A DNA stretch of 64,000 nucleotides, taken from the NCBI RefSeq assembly GCF_040219615.1, contig NZ_JAVJSE010000029.1, forward strand, positions 214,717-278,716. Direction: 5' to 3'. A program made the translations under genes and the position numbers. Shown piece after piece: positions 30,596 to 40,995 of this stretch. The stretch is from Thalassobaculum sp. GTDB lineage: Bacteria; Pseudomonadota; Alphaproteobacteria; Thalassobaculales; Thalassobaculaceae. The stretch's first letter is position 1, and the number at the start of each line of letters is the position of its first letter. The notes below the pieces were generated by a model. It was given only the letters and a program-made list of their open reading frames with translations. It had not been told where the DNA came from and ran no database searches.

Positions 30596-31002
30596 CCCTC
30601 GGGCACCGTCATCAGCCGCACCCGCTCGACCCCGGCCTCGCGCAGGGTCTCCATGACCGCGACCACCGCGGCCGCCTCGGCGCCGCCGTCGGCCTTCACG
30701 TGGACCTCCGGATGCGGCGCGTCCTCCAGCCGCCGGGCGATCGCCGCCGGCAGCCCGGCGGATTCGACCGCCGCGCCGTCGAGCGCCAGCCGGCCGTCGG
30801 CGCCGATCAGCAGCACGATGTCCTTCGGATCGCCGGCCTCGCCATTGGCCGAGCGCGGCGGCTCGATGGCGAACGGATCGGTGGCCGACAGGCTGCCCAC
30901 CACCATGAAGAAGATCAGGAGCAGGAACACCACGTTGATCAGCGGCAGGATGCGGTCGTCCTCGTTGCCGGACCCGCCGGTCCGCGGGCGCTCCAGTCTC
31001 AT
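30592..31002 (-). CDS. exbD: Biopolymer transport protein ExbD/TolR
   Basis: ILPLINVVFLLLIFFMV N-terminal TM. 136 aa. Confidence 0.85.
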   Translation of the reverse strand: MRLERPRTGGSGNEDDRILPLINVVFLLLIFFMVVGSLSATDPFAIEPPRSANGEAGDPKDIVLLIGADGRLALDGAAVESAGLPAAIARRLEDAPHPEVHVKADGGAEAAAVVAVMETLREAGVERVRLMTVPEG

Positions 31003-31012
31003 GGTCGGTCCC

Positions 31013-31444
31013 TCAGCGCGTGCGGTCGCGGATCAGCGACAGCCGGGTCGCGCCCGCCGCCGTCAGCCGGTCGAGCACCGCCACCGCGCGCTGCAGCGGC
31101 ACGCCGGCCGCCGGCTTCACGAAGATCGCCTGGTCCGGCTTGTCGGCCAGCCGCGACCGGACGCGGCTCTCCAGCGCCTCGAGGGTCAACGGCCGGCCGG
31201 ACAGGCGCAGGCCCCGCGGGCGAACCTCGACCAGCAGCGTGCCCTCCATGGCGGCCGAGGCCGCTCCGGCCGACGGTGCCGACAGCACGATCGACCGCCA
31301 GTCCAGGAAGCTCGAGGCCAGCATGAAGAACACCAGCAGGATGAAGACCACGTCGATCAGCGGCGTCAGGCTGATCAGCCGGTGACGGCGCCGCAGCCTA
31401 GCGATCCGCCATGACGGCGGCCGGGCGAAGGCGGGGGAGTTCAT
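31013..31444 (-). CDS. exbD: Biopolymer transport protein ExbD/TolR (second copy)
   Basis: ISLTPLIDVVFILLVFFML. 143 aa. The only start gives a 47-nt overlap with exbB. Confidence 0.8.
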   Translation of the reverse strand: MNSPAFARPPSWRIARLRRRHRLISLTPLIDVVFILLVFFMLASSFLDWRSIVLSAPSAGAASAAMEGTLLVEVRPRGLRLSGRPLTLEALESRVRSRLADKPDQAIFVKPAAGVPLQRAVAVLDRLTAAGATRLSLIRDRTR

Positions 31445-32204
31445 GGCGCGGCTCCGCGTGGGCCAGGTTGGCGGCCGGTTCCGCCGTCAGGTCGCTGGTG
31501 AACACCTGGGTGACGACGGTCTCCATCTCGTGGGTCACCCGGTCGACGACCCGCTCCAGCCAGGCGAGCACCGCGACCACCGGGATCGCCACCGCCAGCC
31601 CGACCGCGGTGGTCAGCAGCGCCTCCCAGATGCCGCCCGACAGCACCGCCGGGTTGACCTGGGAACCGGCCTGCTCGAGCTGCTGGAAGGCCGAGATCAT
31701 GCCCAGCACCGTGCCGAACAGGCCGAGCAGCGGCGCCACGCCGGCGATCACCTCCAGCGGCCGAAGATAGGCCCGCAGGGACTCCAGGCGGTCACCGGCC
31801 AGCCGGGCCACCTCCTCGCGGACCGTCGCCTCGGGCAGGTCGCGCCGCAGAGTGCCGCGGATCGCGCAGCCGAGCACATGGACGACCGGATTGCGCGACC
31901 GGGCCAGCAGCCCCAGTGCCTCGGCCGACCGGCCGGAGCGGTACAGCGCCAGGGCGCGCCGCGCGGTTCTGCGGTCGCCGACCCGGGCGGCCGCGAACTG
32001 CCAGAGCTTCACCAGCACGATGGCCAGCGCCACCACCGACAGGACGCCCAGGATGGCGACCACCGGCCCGCCGGCCCGAACCATCTCCAGGGCCTGGTCG
32101 AGCGCACCCGGCGGGGCGGGCGGGACAATCTGGTCGTCGGTCATCGGAACCGGAGTCTCCGTTCGCATGGAACCTTGGCCTGCGAGACGCTGGGCCGGCG
32201 TCAT
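31398..32204 (-). CDS. exbB: MotA/TolQ/ExbB proton channel protein
   Basis: Three TM segments and the GLFGTVLGMISAF motif. The start is uncertain; in-frame Met codons lie 12 and 20 codons further in. Confidence 0.8.
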   Translation of the reverse strand: MTPAQRLAGQGSMRTETPVPMTDDQIVPPAPPGALDQALEMVRAGGPVVAILGVLSVVALAIVLVKLWQFAAARVGDRRTARRALALYRSGRSAEALGLLARSRNPVVHVLGCAIRGTLRRDLPEATVREEVARLAGDRLESLRAYLRPLEVIAGVAPLLGLFGTVLGMISAFQQLEQAGSQVNPAVLSGGIWEALLTTAVGLAVAIPVVAVLAWLERVVDRVTHEMETVVTQVFTSDLTAEPAANLAHAEPRHELPRLRPAAVMADR

Positions 32205-32235
32205 TTCTAATGATAGTCAGACGCATTATCAAGAA
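32205..32235. promoter_or_regulatory. AT-rich iron-box-like operator candidate upstream of exbB
   Basis: TTCTAATGATAGTCAGACGCATTATCAAGAA contains Fur-type hexamers (GATAGT, CATTAT) and a half ICE-like TTCTAA. It abuts the longest exbB start. Confidence 0.3.
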
Positions 32236-32423
32236 TGGATTGCCGACTGCGCCAAGTCCGGGCGACCGTATGGCCGGCCTGCCCTTCAATCGGTCATCCG
32301 GCGCGAAGGGCCGGTGGCCGTATTGGCTCCACAACATTGACACAGAAGGCTTTCTCCCAGGTCACCAGGACATGCCTAGATTTCCCTGGCGGGCGGATAT
32401 CGACCCAAGCCGGAGGCGCCAGC

Positions 32424-32960
32424 GTGACCGAACTGATCCACGACCCCGCCAGCCAGATCCGCGAGCTCACCAGGCTGGCGGCATTTCTGACGAGCAACAG
32501 CGCCGAGGCCGACGACCTGGTCCAGGAGTCGATGGTCCGTGCCCTCACCTATGTGAAGGACGGCGGAACCGTCCGGAACTGGCGGGCCTATCTCGGACGC
32601 ATCCTGCGCAACGTCCGGGCCGACCACCTGGGCCGCCAGGCCCGGCGCGGACCCGCGGTGGCGCTGGACGACGTCGAGCATCAGCTCTCGGTTCCGGCTC
32701 CGCAGCACGCGGAACTGCTGCTGCACGAACTCGGCGAAGCCTTGGACCGGATACCGCACAGCCAGAAGCGCGTGCTGTGCCTGATCGGCGTCGACGGCCT
32801 TTCCTACCAGGACGCCGCCGAGCAGCTGAACATTCCAATCGGCACCGTGATGTCGCGGCTGCACCGGGGCCGCAGCGCCCTGCGGCGCGAGATGGGTGAG
32901 TTCTCGCCGGGCGGGGAGCCGCGGTCCACCGCGGAGCCCGCGCCGGCACCCGCGGCCTGA
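32424..32960 (+). CDS. ECF-type RNA polymerase sigma factor
   Basis: GTG start with GGAGG 7 nt upstream. Region 2 AEADDLVQESMVRAL. Region 4 LSYQDAAEQLNIPIGTVMSRLHRGR. Confidence 0.85.
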   Translation: MTELIHDPASQIRELTRLAAFLTSNSAEADDLVQESMVRALTYVKDGGTVRNWRAYLGRILRNVRADHLGRQARRGPAVALDDVEHQLSVPAPQHAELLLHELGEALDRIPHSQKRVLCLIGVDGLSYQDAAEQLNIPIGTVMSRLHRGRSALRREMGEFSPGGEPRSTAEPAPAPAA

Positions 32961-32970
32961 TCCGCCCGGG

Positions 32971-33285
32971 TCAGCCGATCCCGTGTCGGTCCAGTTCGGC
33001 CCGCAGGCCACCGGTCAGCGCCAGCCACGTCATCCGCAGGTCGCGGGCCAGCGACCACAGCGGGTGCGAGAAGGTCTCCGGCCGGTTCCGCTCGACGAAG
33101 ACATGGCTGAGCCAGGCGGCCCCGTAGCCCACCACGAGGGCCGCCGCCGCCAACCGCCAGTCCGCGTAGACGATCGCACCGACCAGCAACAGCACGCCGA
33201 GCAGAGTGCCGAGAACATGCACGCGCCGCGTGGCTGGACGGCTGTGCTGGCGCAGATACCGGGGCCAGAACTCCGCGTAGGTCAT
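32971..33285 (-). CDS. DUF962 (Mpo1-like) membrane protein
   Basis: Starts MTYAEFWPRYLRQHS. The HVFVERNRPETFSHPLWS motif is typical of DUF962. 104 aa. Confidence 0.7.
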   Translation of the reverse strand: MTYAEFWPRYLRQHSRPATRRVHVLGTLLGVLLLVGAIVYADWRLAAAALVVGYGAAWLSHVFVERNRPETFSHPLWSLARDLRMTWLALTGGLRAELDRHGIG

Positions 33286-33534
33286 TTCCGATAACTGGCG
33301 CCGGACGCCCCTTGAATCAACCGCCGGCCGGCCGTGCCGTGAATTTTGCGCCGCAAACAACCCGAAGGACGAAACAAGCTTAAATCCGCCTGGCGGTATA
33401 ATTTGCAAAGATTACAAGCCCCCGATTCGCCCGCCAGCCCGGTGACGATTTCGGCTGTTCTGACGTTACGTAAAGCGCCGGGACCATCTCGACAGGCCTG
33501 AACGAGCATATACTTTAGAGGGTGTTGAGCGTGA

Positions 33535-34815
<1,281 letters not shown>

Positions 34816-34817
34816 GC

Positions 34818-35831
34818 ATGCCGCGCATGACCATGATCGAGGCCATCCGCGACGCCATGCACGTCAAGATGGCCGCCGACCCCAACGTCGTGGTGTTCGG
34901 CGAGGACGTCGGCTATTTCGGCGGCGTGTTCCGCTGCACCCAGGGCCTGCAGCAGAAGTTCGGGCGCGAGCGCTGCTTCGACACCCCGATCAACGAGAGC
35001 GGCATCGTCGGCGCCGCCATCGGCATGGCCGCCTACGGCCTGCGGCCCTGCATCGAGGTGCAGTTCGCCGACTACGTCTACCCGGCCTACGACCAGATCG
35101 TCTCGGAGGCGGCGCGGCTGCGCTACCGCTCGAACGGCGACTTCACCGCACCGCTGACCATCCGCATGCCGACCGGCGGCGGCATCTTCGGCGGCCAGAC
35201 CCACAGCCAGAGCCCTGAGGCCCTTTTCACCCACGTCTCCGGGCTGAAGGTCGTGGTGCCCTCGAACCCGCACGACGCCAAGGGCCTGCTGATCGCGTCG
35301 ATCGAGGACGACGACCCGGTGATCTTCCTGGAGCCCAAGCGGCTGTACAACGGCCCGTTCGACGGTCACCACGACCGGCCGGTCACGCCCTGGTCCAAGC
35401 ACCCGCTCGGCGAGGTTCCGGAGGGCCACCACACCGTCCCGCTCGGCAAGGCCGCGGTCCGGCGGCCCGGATCGGCGGTCACGGTGCTGGCCTACGGCAC
35501 CATGGTGCACGTCGCCGAGGCGGCGGCCGAGGAGACCGGGATCGACGCCGAGATCATCGACCTGCGCACCCTGCTGCCGCTCGACCTGGACGCCATCGTG
35601 GCGTCGGTGACCAAGACCGGGCGCTGCGTGGTGGTGCACGAGGCGACCCTGACCTCGGGCTTCGGGGCCGAGCTGTGCGCGCTGGTGCAGGAGCACTGCT
35701 TCTACGCCCTGGAGGTGCCGGTGGCGCGGGTGGCGGGCTGGGACACGCCCTACCCGCACGCCCAGGAATGGGACTACTTCCCCGGCCCGAAGCGGGTCGG
35801 CGAGGCATTGCTCCAGGCCGTGGAGAGCTGA
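34818..35831 (+). CDS. bkdA2: 2-oxoisovalerate dehydrogenase E1 beta
   Basis: MTMIEAIRDAM...VVVFGEDVGYFGGVFRCT. 337 aa. Confidence 0.9.
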   Translation: MPRMTMIEAIRDAMHVKMAADPNVVVFGEDVGYFGGVFRCTQGLQQKFGRERCFDTPINESGIVGAAIGMAAYGLRPCIEVQFADYVYPAYDQIVSEAARLRYRSNGDFTAPLTIRMPTGGGIFGGQTHSQSPEALFTHVSGLKVVVPSNPHDAKGLLIASIEDDDPVIFLEPKRLYNGPFDGHHDRPVTPWSKHPLGEVPEGHHTVPLGKAAVRRPGSAVTVLAYGTMVHVAEAAAEETGIDAEIIDLRTLLPLDLDAIVASVTKTGRCVVVHEATLTSGFGAELCALVQEHCFYALEVPVARVAGWDTPYPHAQEWDYFPGPKRVGEALLQAVES

Positions 35832-35832
35832 G

Positions 35833-37098
35833 ATGGGCGAATACGTCATCAAGCTGCCCGACGTCGGCGAGGGCGTGGCCGAGGCCGAACTGGTGGAGTG
35901 GAACGTCGCGGTCGGCGACGTGGTCCAGGAGGACACGATCCTGGCCAGCGTCATGACCGACAAGGCGGCGGTCGAGATCCCGTCGCCGGTCGAAGGGACG
36001 GTCAAGTGGCTCGGCGGTGAGATCGGCGACGTGGTCGCCGTCGGATCGCCCCTGGTCCGCCTGGAGGTCGCGGGCGAGGGCAACGTCGCGCCCGGGGCGC
36101 CTGCCGAAGCGGCGTCGGATCCCGAGCCCGCACCGGTCGCGACCGCCGGCACGGAGACGGCGCCAACACCCCCTGCCCCTCCGAAGCGCGAAGCCCCCCG
36201 GCCGGCATCCACCGGCGCGCCGCGGCGCCAGGGCGACAGGCCGATCGCCTCGCCGGCGGTGCGGGGGCGGGCGCGCGAGGCCGGGGTCGACCTGCGCCAG
36301 GTCCGCGGCAGCGGGCCGGCCGGGCGGATCACCCACGAGGATCTCGATGCCTTCATCGAGGCCGGCCCGCAGCCGGCGGCCGGGCTCGGCCTGCGGCCCG
36401 ACACCTCGGTCACCGACGTCAAGGTCATCGGCCTGCGCCGCCGGATCGCCGAGAAGATGGCGCTGTCGAAGAGCCGTATCGCGCACATCACCTATGTCGA
36501 CGAGGTCGACGTCACGGCGCTGGAGGAGCTGCGCGCCCAGCTGAACAAGAACAAGCAGGACGGCCAGCCGCGCCTGACCATCCTGCCGTTCCTGATGCGC
36601 GCCATGGTCAAGGCGATCGCCGAGCAGCCGGCGATCAACGCGCATTACGACGACGAGGCCGGGGTCATCCACCGGCATGGCGGCGTCCATATCGGCATCG
36701 CCGCCCAGACCCCGACCGGCCTGGTGGTCCCGGTGGTCAGGCACGCCGAGGCGCGCGACGTATGGGGCTGCGCGGCCGAGCTGAACCGGTTGAGCGACGC
36801 CGCCAAGGCCGGCACCGCCGGTCGCGACGAGCTGACCGGATCGACCATCACCATCACCTCGCTCGGCGCCATGGGCGGGCTGGTGACCACGCCGGTGATC
36901 AACCACCCGGAGGTGGCGATCGTCGGGGTCAACAAGATCCAGGTCCGCCCGGTGTGGGACGGCAGCCAGTTCGTGCCGCGCCGGATGATGAACCTGTCGT
37001 CCAGCTTCGATCACCGGGTGATCGACGGCTGGGACGCCGCGGTGTTCGTGCAGCGCATCAAGGCCCTGCTCGAGACCCCGGCGATGATCTTCATGTGA
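35833..37098 (+). CDS. bkdB: Dihydrolipoamide branched-chain transacylase E2
   Basis: Lipoyl domain (VMTDKAAVEIPSP), a PSBD, and a catalytic domain ending SFDHRVIDG. Confidence 0.9.
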   Translation: MGEYVIKLPDVGEGVAEAELVEWNVAVGDVVQEDTILASVMTDKAAVEIPSPVEGTVKWLGGEIGDVVAVGSPLVRLEVAGEGNVAPGAPAEAASDPEPAPVATAGTETAPTPPAPPKREAPRPASTGAPRRQGDRPIASPAVRGRAREAGVDLRQVRGSGPAGRITHEDLDAFIEAGPQPAAGLGLRPDTSVTDVKVIGLRRRIAEKMALSKSRIAHITYVDEVDVTALEELRAQLNKNKQDGQPRLTILPFLMRAMVKAIAEQPAINAHYDDEAGVIHRHGGVHIGIAAQTPTGLVVPVVRHAEARDVWGCAAELNRLSDAAKAGTAGRDELTGSTITITSLGAMGGLVTTPVINHPEVAIVGVNKIQVRPVWDGSQFVPRRMMNLSSSFDHRVIDGWDAAVFVQRIKALLETPAMIFM

Positions 37099-37124
37099 GG
37101 GGTCAATGCCTGACCTCGACAAAC

Positions 37125-37262
37125 GCCCGTCGCTCCGTGGGTCCCGGAGCCGGCCGCTGTCGCGGCCCCTCCGGGATGACGGAATGAGGAATGTGATCTC
37201 CTTGCCCTTCGTCATTCCGGAGGGGGCGCACAAGCGCCCGGCTCCGGAACCCACCCGCCGCC
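37125..37262 (+). repeat. Nested-palindromic element, copy f, inside the bkd operon
   Basis: GCCCGTCGCTCCGTGGGTCCCGGAGCCGG...GGGATGACG...CGTCATTCCGG...CCGGCTCCGGAACCCACCCGCCGCC. Lies between the E2 stop and the E3 start. Confidence 0.9.
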
Positions 37263-37290
37263 TCGGACCCTTCGCAGTGAGGACAAACCC

Positions 37291-38685
37291 ATGAAGGACA
37301 TCACCTGCCAGGTACTGGTGGTCGGCGCCGGCCCGGGCGGCTATGTCGCGGCGATCCGGGCCGGCCAGCTCGGGCTCGATACCGTGGTGGTCGAGGCGAA
37401 ACGGCCGGGCGGGACCTGCCTGAACGTCGGCTGCATCCCGTCGAAGGCGCTGATCCACGCCGCCGACGAGTACCTGAAGGTCCGCGAGATGGCGGCCGGC
37501 AGGCGGGTGCCCGGGATCCGGGTGGCCGAGCCCGAATTCGATCTCGCGGCCTGCCGGGAGTGGAAGGACGGCATCGTCAACCGTCTGACCAACGGGGTCG
37601 CGGCGCTGCTGAAGAAGGCCCGGGTGAAGACCGTCGAGGGCTGGGCGCGGTTCCGCGACGGCAAGACGGTCGAGGTCGAGACCGCGCTCGGCGTCCAGGT
37701 GATACGGGCCGAGCACGTGATCATCGCCACCGGCTCCCAGCCGGTCGAGCTGCCGTCGCTGCCGTTCGGCGGGCGGGTGATCTCGTCGACCGAGGCGCTG
37801 GCCCTGGAGACCGCGCCGGAACGCCTGGTGGTGGTCGGCGCCGGCTATATCGGCCTGGAGCTCGGCATCGCCTTCCGCAAGCTCGGCTCGGCGGTCACCG
37901 TGGTCGAGGCGACCGACCGCATCCTGCCGCTGTACGACGGCGAACTGACCCGGCCGGTGAAGGCCAACCTGGACGAGCTGGCCATTACCCTGCACCTGAA
38001 GGCCAAGGCCCGCGGCATGGCCGGCGGGGAAGCCCTGCTGGTCGAGGCTGCGGACGGCAGCGAGCTGCGGCTGCCGGCCGACAAGGTGCTGGTCACCGTC
38101 GGCCGCCGGCCGCTGACCGGCGACTGGGGGCGCGAGGAGCTGGCGCTCGACATGAACGGCCCGTTCATCGCCGTCGACGACCGCTGCCGCACCTCGATGC
38201 GCGGGGTCTACGCCATCGGCGACGTCACCGGCGAGCCGATGCTGGCGCATCGCGCCATGGCCCAGGGCGAGATGGTCGCCGAGGTGATCGCCGGCGAGAA
38301 ACGCGCCTGGGACAAGGTGGCGATCCCGGCGGTCTGCTTCACCGACCCGGAGATCGTGACCGCCGGCCTGTCGCCCGATCAGGCGCGTACCGCCGGCATC
38401 GAGATCCGCACCGCGCAGTTCCCGTTCCAGGCCAACGGCCGGGCCATGACCACCGAGGCCGAGGACGGCTTCGTGCGGATCGTCGCGCGCGCCGACAACC
38501 ACCTGGTGCTCGGCCTGCAGGCGGTGGGGTCCGGGGTCTCGGAGCTGTCGGCGTCCTTCGCCCTGGCGCTGGAGATGGGCTGCCGGCTGGAGGACGTGGC
38601 CGCCACGATCCACGCCCACCCGACCCTGGGCGAGGCGATCCCCGAGGCCGCGATGCGGGCGCTCGGCCACGCCCTGCACATTTGA
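37291..38685 (+). CDS. lpdV: Dihydrolipoyl dehydrogenase E3
   Basis: [15 protein letters not shown]...[13 protein letters not shown] redox-active disulfide motif. 464 aa. Confidence 0.9.
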   Translation: MKDITCQVLVVGAGPGGYVAAIRAGQLGLDTVVVEAKRPGGTCLNVGCIPSKALIHAADEYLKVREMAAGRRVPGIRVAEPEFDLAACREWKDGIVNRLTNGVAALLKKARVKTVEGWARFRDGKTVEVETALGVQVIRAEHVIIATGSQPVELPSLPFGGRVISSTEALALETAPERLVVVGAGYIGLELGIAFRKLGSAVTVVEATDRILPLYDGELTRPVKANLDELAITLHLKAKARGMAGGEALLVEAADGSELRLPADKVLVTVGRRPLTGDWGREELALDMNGPFIAVDDRCRTSMRGVYAIGDVTGEPMLAHRAMAQGEMVAEVIAGEKRAWDKVAIPAVCFTDPEIVTAGLSPDQARTAGIEIRTAQFPFQANGRAMTTEAEDGFVRIVARADNHLVLGLQAVGSGVSELSASFALALEMGCRLEDVAATIHAHPTLGEAIPEAAMRALGHALHI

Positions 38686-38702
38686 AGCGGGGCCCGACCT
38701 CC

Positions 38703-40106
38703 CTATACCTGCCGCTCGATCGGCAGCAGCGCCAGCAGGCGGACCAGCAGCAGCCACCAGCGCGAGGCCCCCGGCTCCCGCCGGGTCGGCTGGGGATCTT
38801 CACCGACCAGCCAGGCCAGCCGGCCGTCGTCCAGCACCGCCCGGTACGACCTGGCCGGCGACATGCCGTCCTCGATAAAGGCGGCGACCTGCGCCGCCAG
38901 TTCCTCGCTGTCGACCAGCAGGCCGATCTCGGTGTTCAGCACCGCCGAGCGCGGGTCCATGTTCAGCGACCCGACGAACACCCTGCGACGGTCGATCACC
39001 GCCGCCTTGGTGTGCAGGTTCAGGCCCCAGTCGACCGCCGAATCGGCGCGCAGCTCGTACAGCTCGACCCCGGCGCGCAGCAGCGGCCGCCGGTACTTGC
39101 GATAGGCCGCGTGCGCCACCGCGACCTCGCCGGACGCGGCCGAATTGGTCATCACCCGCACCCGCACCCCGCTCCGCGCCAGGTGGCTGAGGAGGCTGAC
39201 GCCGTGGCGGGCCGGCACGAAATATGCTGATTCCAGCAGCAGCTCGCTGACCGGGCCCTGCTCGATCCGCGCCAGCAGGCTCTCCAGCAGCCGCGGCTCG
39301 CCGGTCTCCGGCTTGTCCGGCGCGTCGACCAGCACCGTCGCCCGCTCGGCGACGACCAGCCGGGCGAAGCGGTCGCGGACCAGGGATCGGTAGGACCGCC
39401 ACTGCAGGCCGACATTGCCGGGATAAGGTCCGGCACCGGCCCGCAGGATGCGCCGCCGCAGCCCGCGCCGCACCGTGCTGCGAACGTCGGCCAGCCGCCA
39501 GCGGCCGCGGTCGATGGCCCCGACCGGCCGGCTCCAGGAGCTGTCCCAGAACGCGTCGAAGGACTGCGCCACCTGCTCCACCACCGGTCCGGCCGCGAAC
39601 AGGTCGAGGTCGCGGAAGTTGCGGCGCGGGTCGAACTCGAAGTAGCGGTCGCCGACGTTGCGGCCACCGACCACCGCTGCCACCCGGTCGGCGACGAACG
39701 CCTTGTTGTGCATGCGCCGGGTTACCCGCCGGGACTGGAACAGCAGCGCGAACACCAAGCCGAAACGGTGCGGGAACGGGTTGTACAGCCGGATCTCGAC
39801 ATTCGGATAGGCGTCGAGCCGGGCCAGTTCCGGATCGCTGCTCGGCGCGCCGATGTCGTCCAGCAACAGGCGCACGCGGACGCCGCGATCGGCGGCGTCG
39901 AGCAAGGCGGTCAGCAGCCGGCGGCCGCTGCCGTCGTCCTCCCAGAGATAGTACTGCACGTCGAGGGTCCGCTCGGCCGCGACGGTCAGCCCGTGCAGGG
40001 TCAGGAACGCTGCGGGCCCGGTCGACAGCAGCGTGAAGCCGGAGCCGCCGCCGTCCGGCAGGTGCCGGCGGCACAGGCGCTGCAGGCGGATCTCCCGACC
40101 GGTCAT
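38703..40106 (-). CDS. Phospholipase D family protein (ClsB-like cardiolipin synthase family)
   Basis: Two HKD motifs (HNKAFVAD, HTKAAVID). Start at MTGREI. ATGA overlap with the upstream EEP gene. Confidence 0.8.
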   Translation of the reverse strand: MTGREIRLQRLCRRHLPDGGGSGFTLLSTGPAAFLTLHGLTVAAERTLDVQYYLWEDDGSGRRLLTALLDAADRGVRVRLLLDDIGAPSSDPELARLDAYPNVEIRLYNPFPHRFGLVFALLFQSRRVTRRMHNKAFVADRVAAVVGGRNVGDRYFEFDPRRNFRDLDLFAAGPVVEQVAQSFDAFWDSSWSRPVGAIDRGRWRLADVRSTVRRGLRRRILRAGAGPYPGNVGLQWRSYRSLVRDRFARLVVAERATVLVDAPDKPETGEPRLLESLLARIEQGPVSELLLESAYFVPARHGVSLLSHLARSGVRVRVMTNSAASGEVAVAHAAYRKYRRPLLRAGVELYELRADSAVDWGLNLHTKAAVIDRRRVFVGSLNMDPRSAVLNTEIGLLVDSEELAAQVAAFIEDGMSPARSYRAVLDDGRLAWLVGEDPQPTRREPGASRWWLLLVRLLALLPIERQV

Positions 40107-40873
40107 ATCAATGGCGACTGTGCGACATGGTGGCGCTCGGCGGCGGCCGTCGGTCCGGCCGGGACGATGTCGGCCCAGACCGGCAGGTGGTCGGAGGCCA
40201 CCCGCGACTTCGGCGACAGGTGCACGCCGGCCGCCTCGACCCTGAGGTCCAGGCTGGTGATGATCCGGTCGAGTGCCGCCATCGGCCGCCGCGAATGGAA
40301 GCTCGGGCCCGGTGCCGCGACGTGGTGGTGGCGGGCGAACAGCTTCAGGCAGCCACCGTCCATCACCCACTCGTTCAGGTCGCCCATCATCACCGTCGGA
40401 AGCGGGTCCTCCAGCGCCTCGAGGCACATCAGCACGGCGCGCGCCTGGCGCTTGCGCCAAAGGCCGAGCAGCCCGAGATGCATGCCGATCACCCGCACCG
40501 CCGTCCCGCCGACCCGCAGGTCGGCGAGCACGGCGCCGCGCGGCTCCAGGGCCGGCAGTTCGATGCGCTGGGTCGACATCACCTCGGTGTCGCGGCGCAC
40601 CAGCAGCATGTTGCCGTGCCAGCCCAGGCTTTCCGGCCGGATGCCGAAGCGGACCGGCATGTACCCGGTCTCCTCGGCGATGACTTCCGGCGGCAGGGCG
40701 GTGCTGCGGTCGCCGAACCGCCGGTCGACCTCCTGCACCGCCACCACGTCGGCGTCGAGCTCGCGCAGCACCGCCAGCACGCGCTCGGGCCGCCGCCGGC
40801 GGTCGGTGCCGATGCTCTTGCGGATGTTGTAGGTGGCGACACGCAGCTTGGGGCTCCTGGTCGAGGCGGACAT
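40103..40873 (-). CDS. Endonuclease/exonuclease/phosphatase (EEP) family protein, YbhP-like
   Basis: LRVATYNIRK...DVVAVQEV...SDHLPVWADI. 256 aa. Confidence 0.8.
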   Translation of the reverse strand: MSASTRSPKLRVATYNIRKSIGTDRRRRPERVLAVLRELDADVVAVQEVDRRFGDRSTALPPEVIAEETGYMPVRFGIRPESLGWHGNMLLVRRDTEVMSTQRIELPALEPRGAVLADLRVGGTAVRVIGMHLGLLGLWRKRQARAVLMCLEALEDPLPTVMMGDLNEWVMDGGCLKLFARHHHVAAPGPSFHSRRPMAALDRIITSLDLRVEAAGVHLSPKSRVASDHLPVWADIVPAGPTAAAERHHVAQSPLI

Positions 40874-40958
40874 TCCGGCAAACCCTGCCCGACCATATTG
40901 GTTCGCCCCGGGGCGCGCCATCTTCCGGGTCGGCGGCGTGCGCGTCCGTCGGTCACTC

Positions 40959-40976
40959 GATTGTCCGGTCCAATTC
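40959..40976. promoter_or_regulatory. Candidate GntR operator 1 (autoregulatory position)
   Basis: GATTGTCCGGTCCAATTC lies 20 nt upstream of the GntR start. It is related to the site at 41963-41981. Confidence 0.35.
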
Positions 40977-40995
40977 CCGATGCTAGCCTGCCGCC

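Noticed and set aside
31398-31444. The 47-nt exbB/exbD overlap as a sign of a frameshift or fusion
   Set aside because: Both ORFs are full length with normal termini. No alternative in-frame start exists for exbD. Overlaps of this size occur in such operons.
32235-32423. N-terminal extension of the ECF sigma ORF (MDCRLRQV...)
   Set aside because: The extension has no sigma-factor similarity. A GTG at 32424 with a GGAGG RBS gives a normal sigma factor of about 178 aa.
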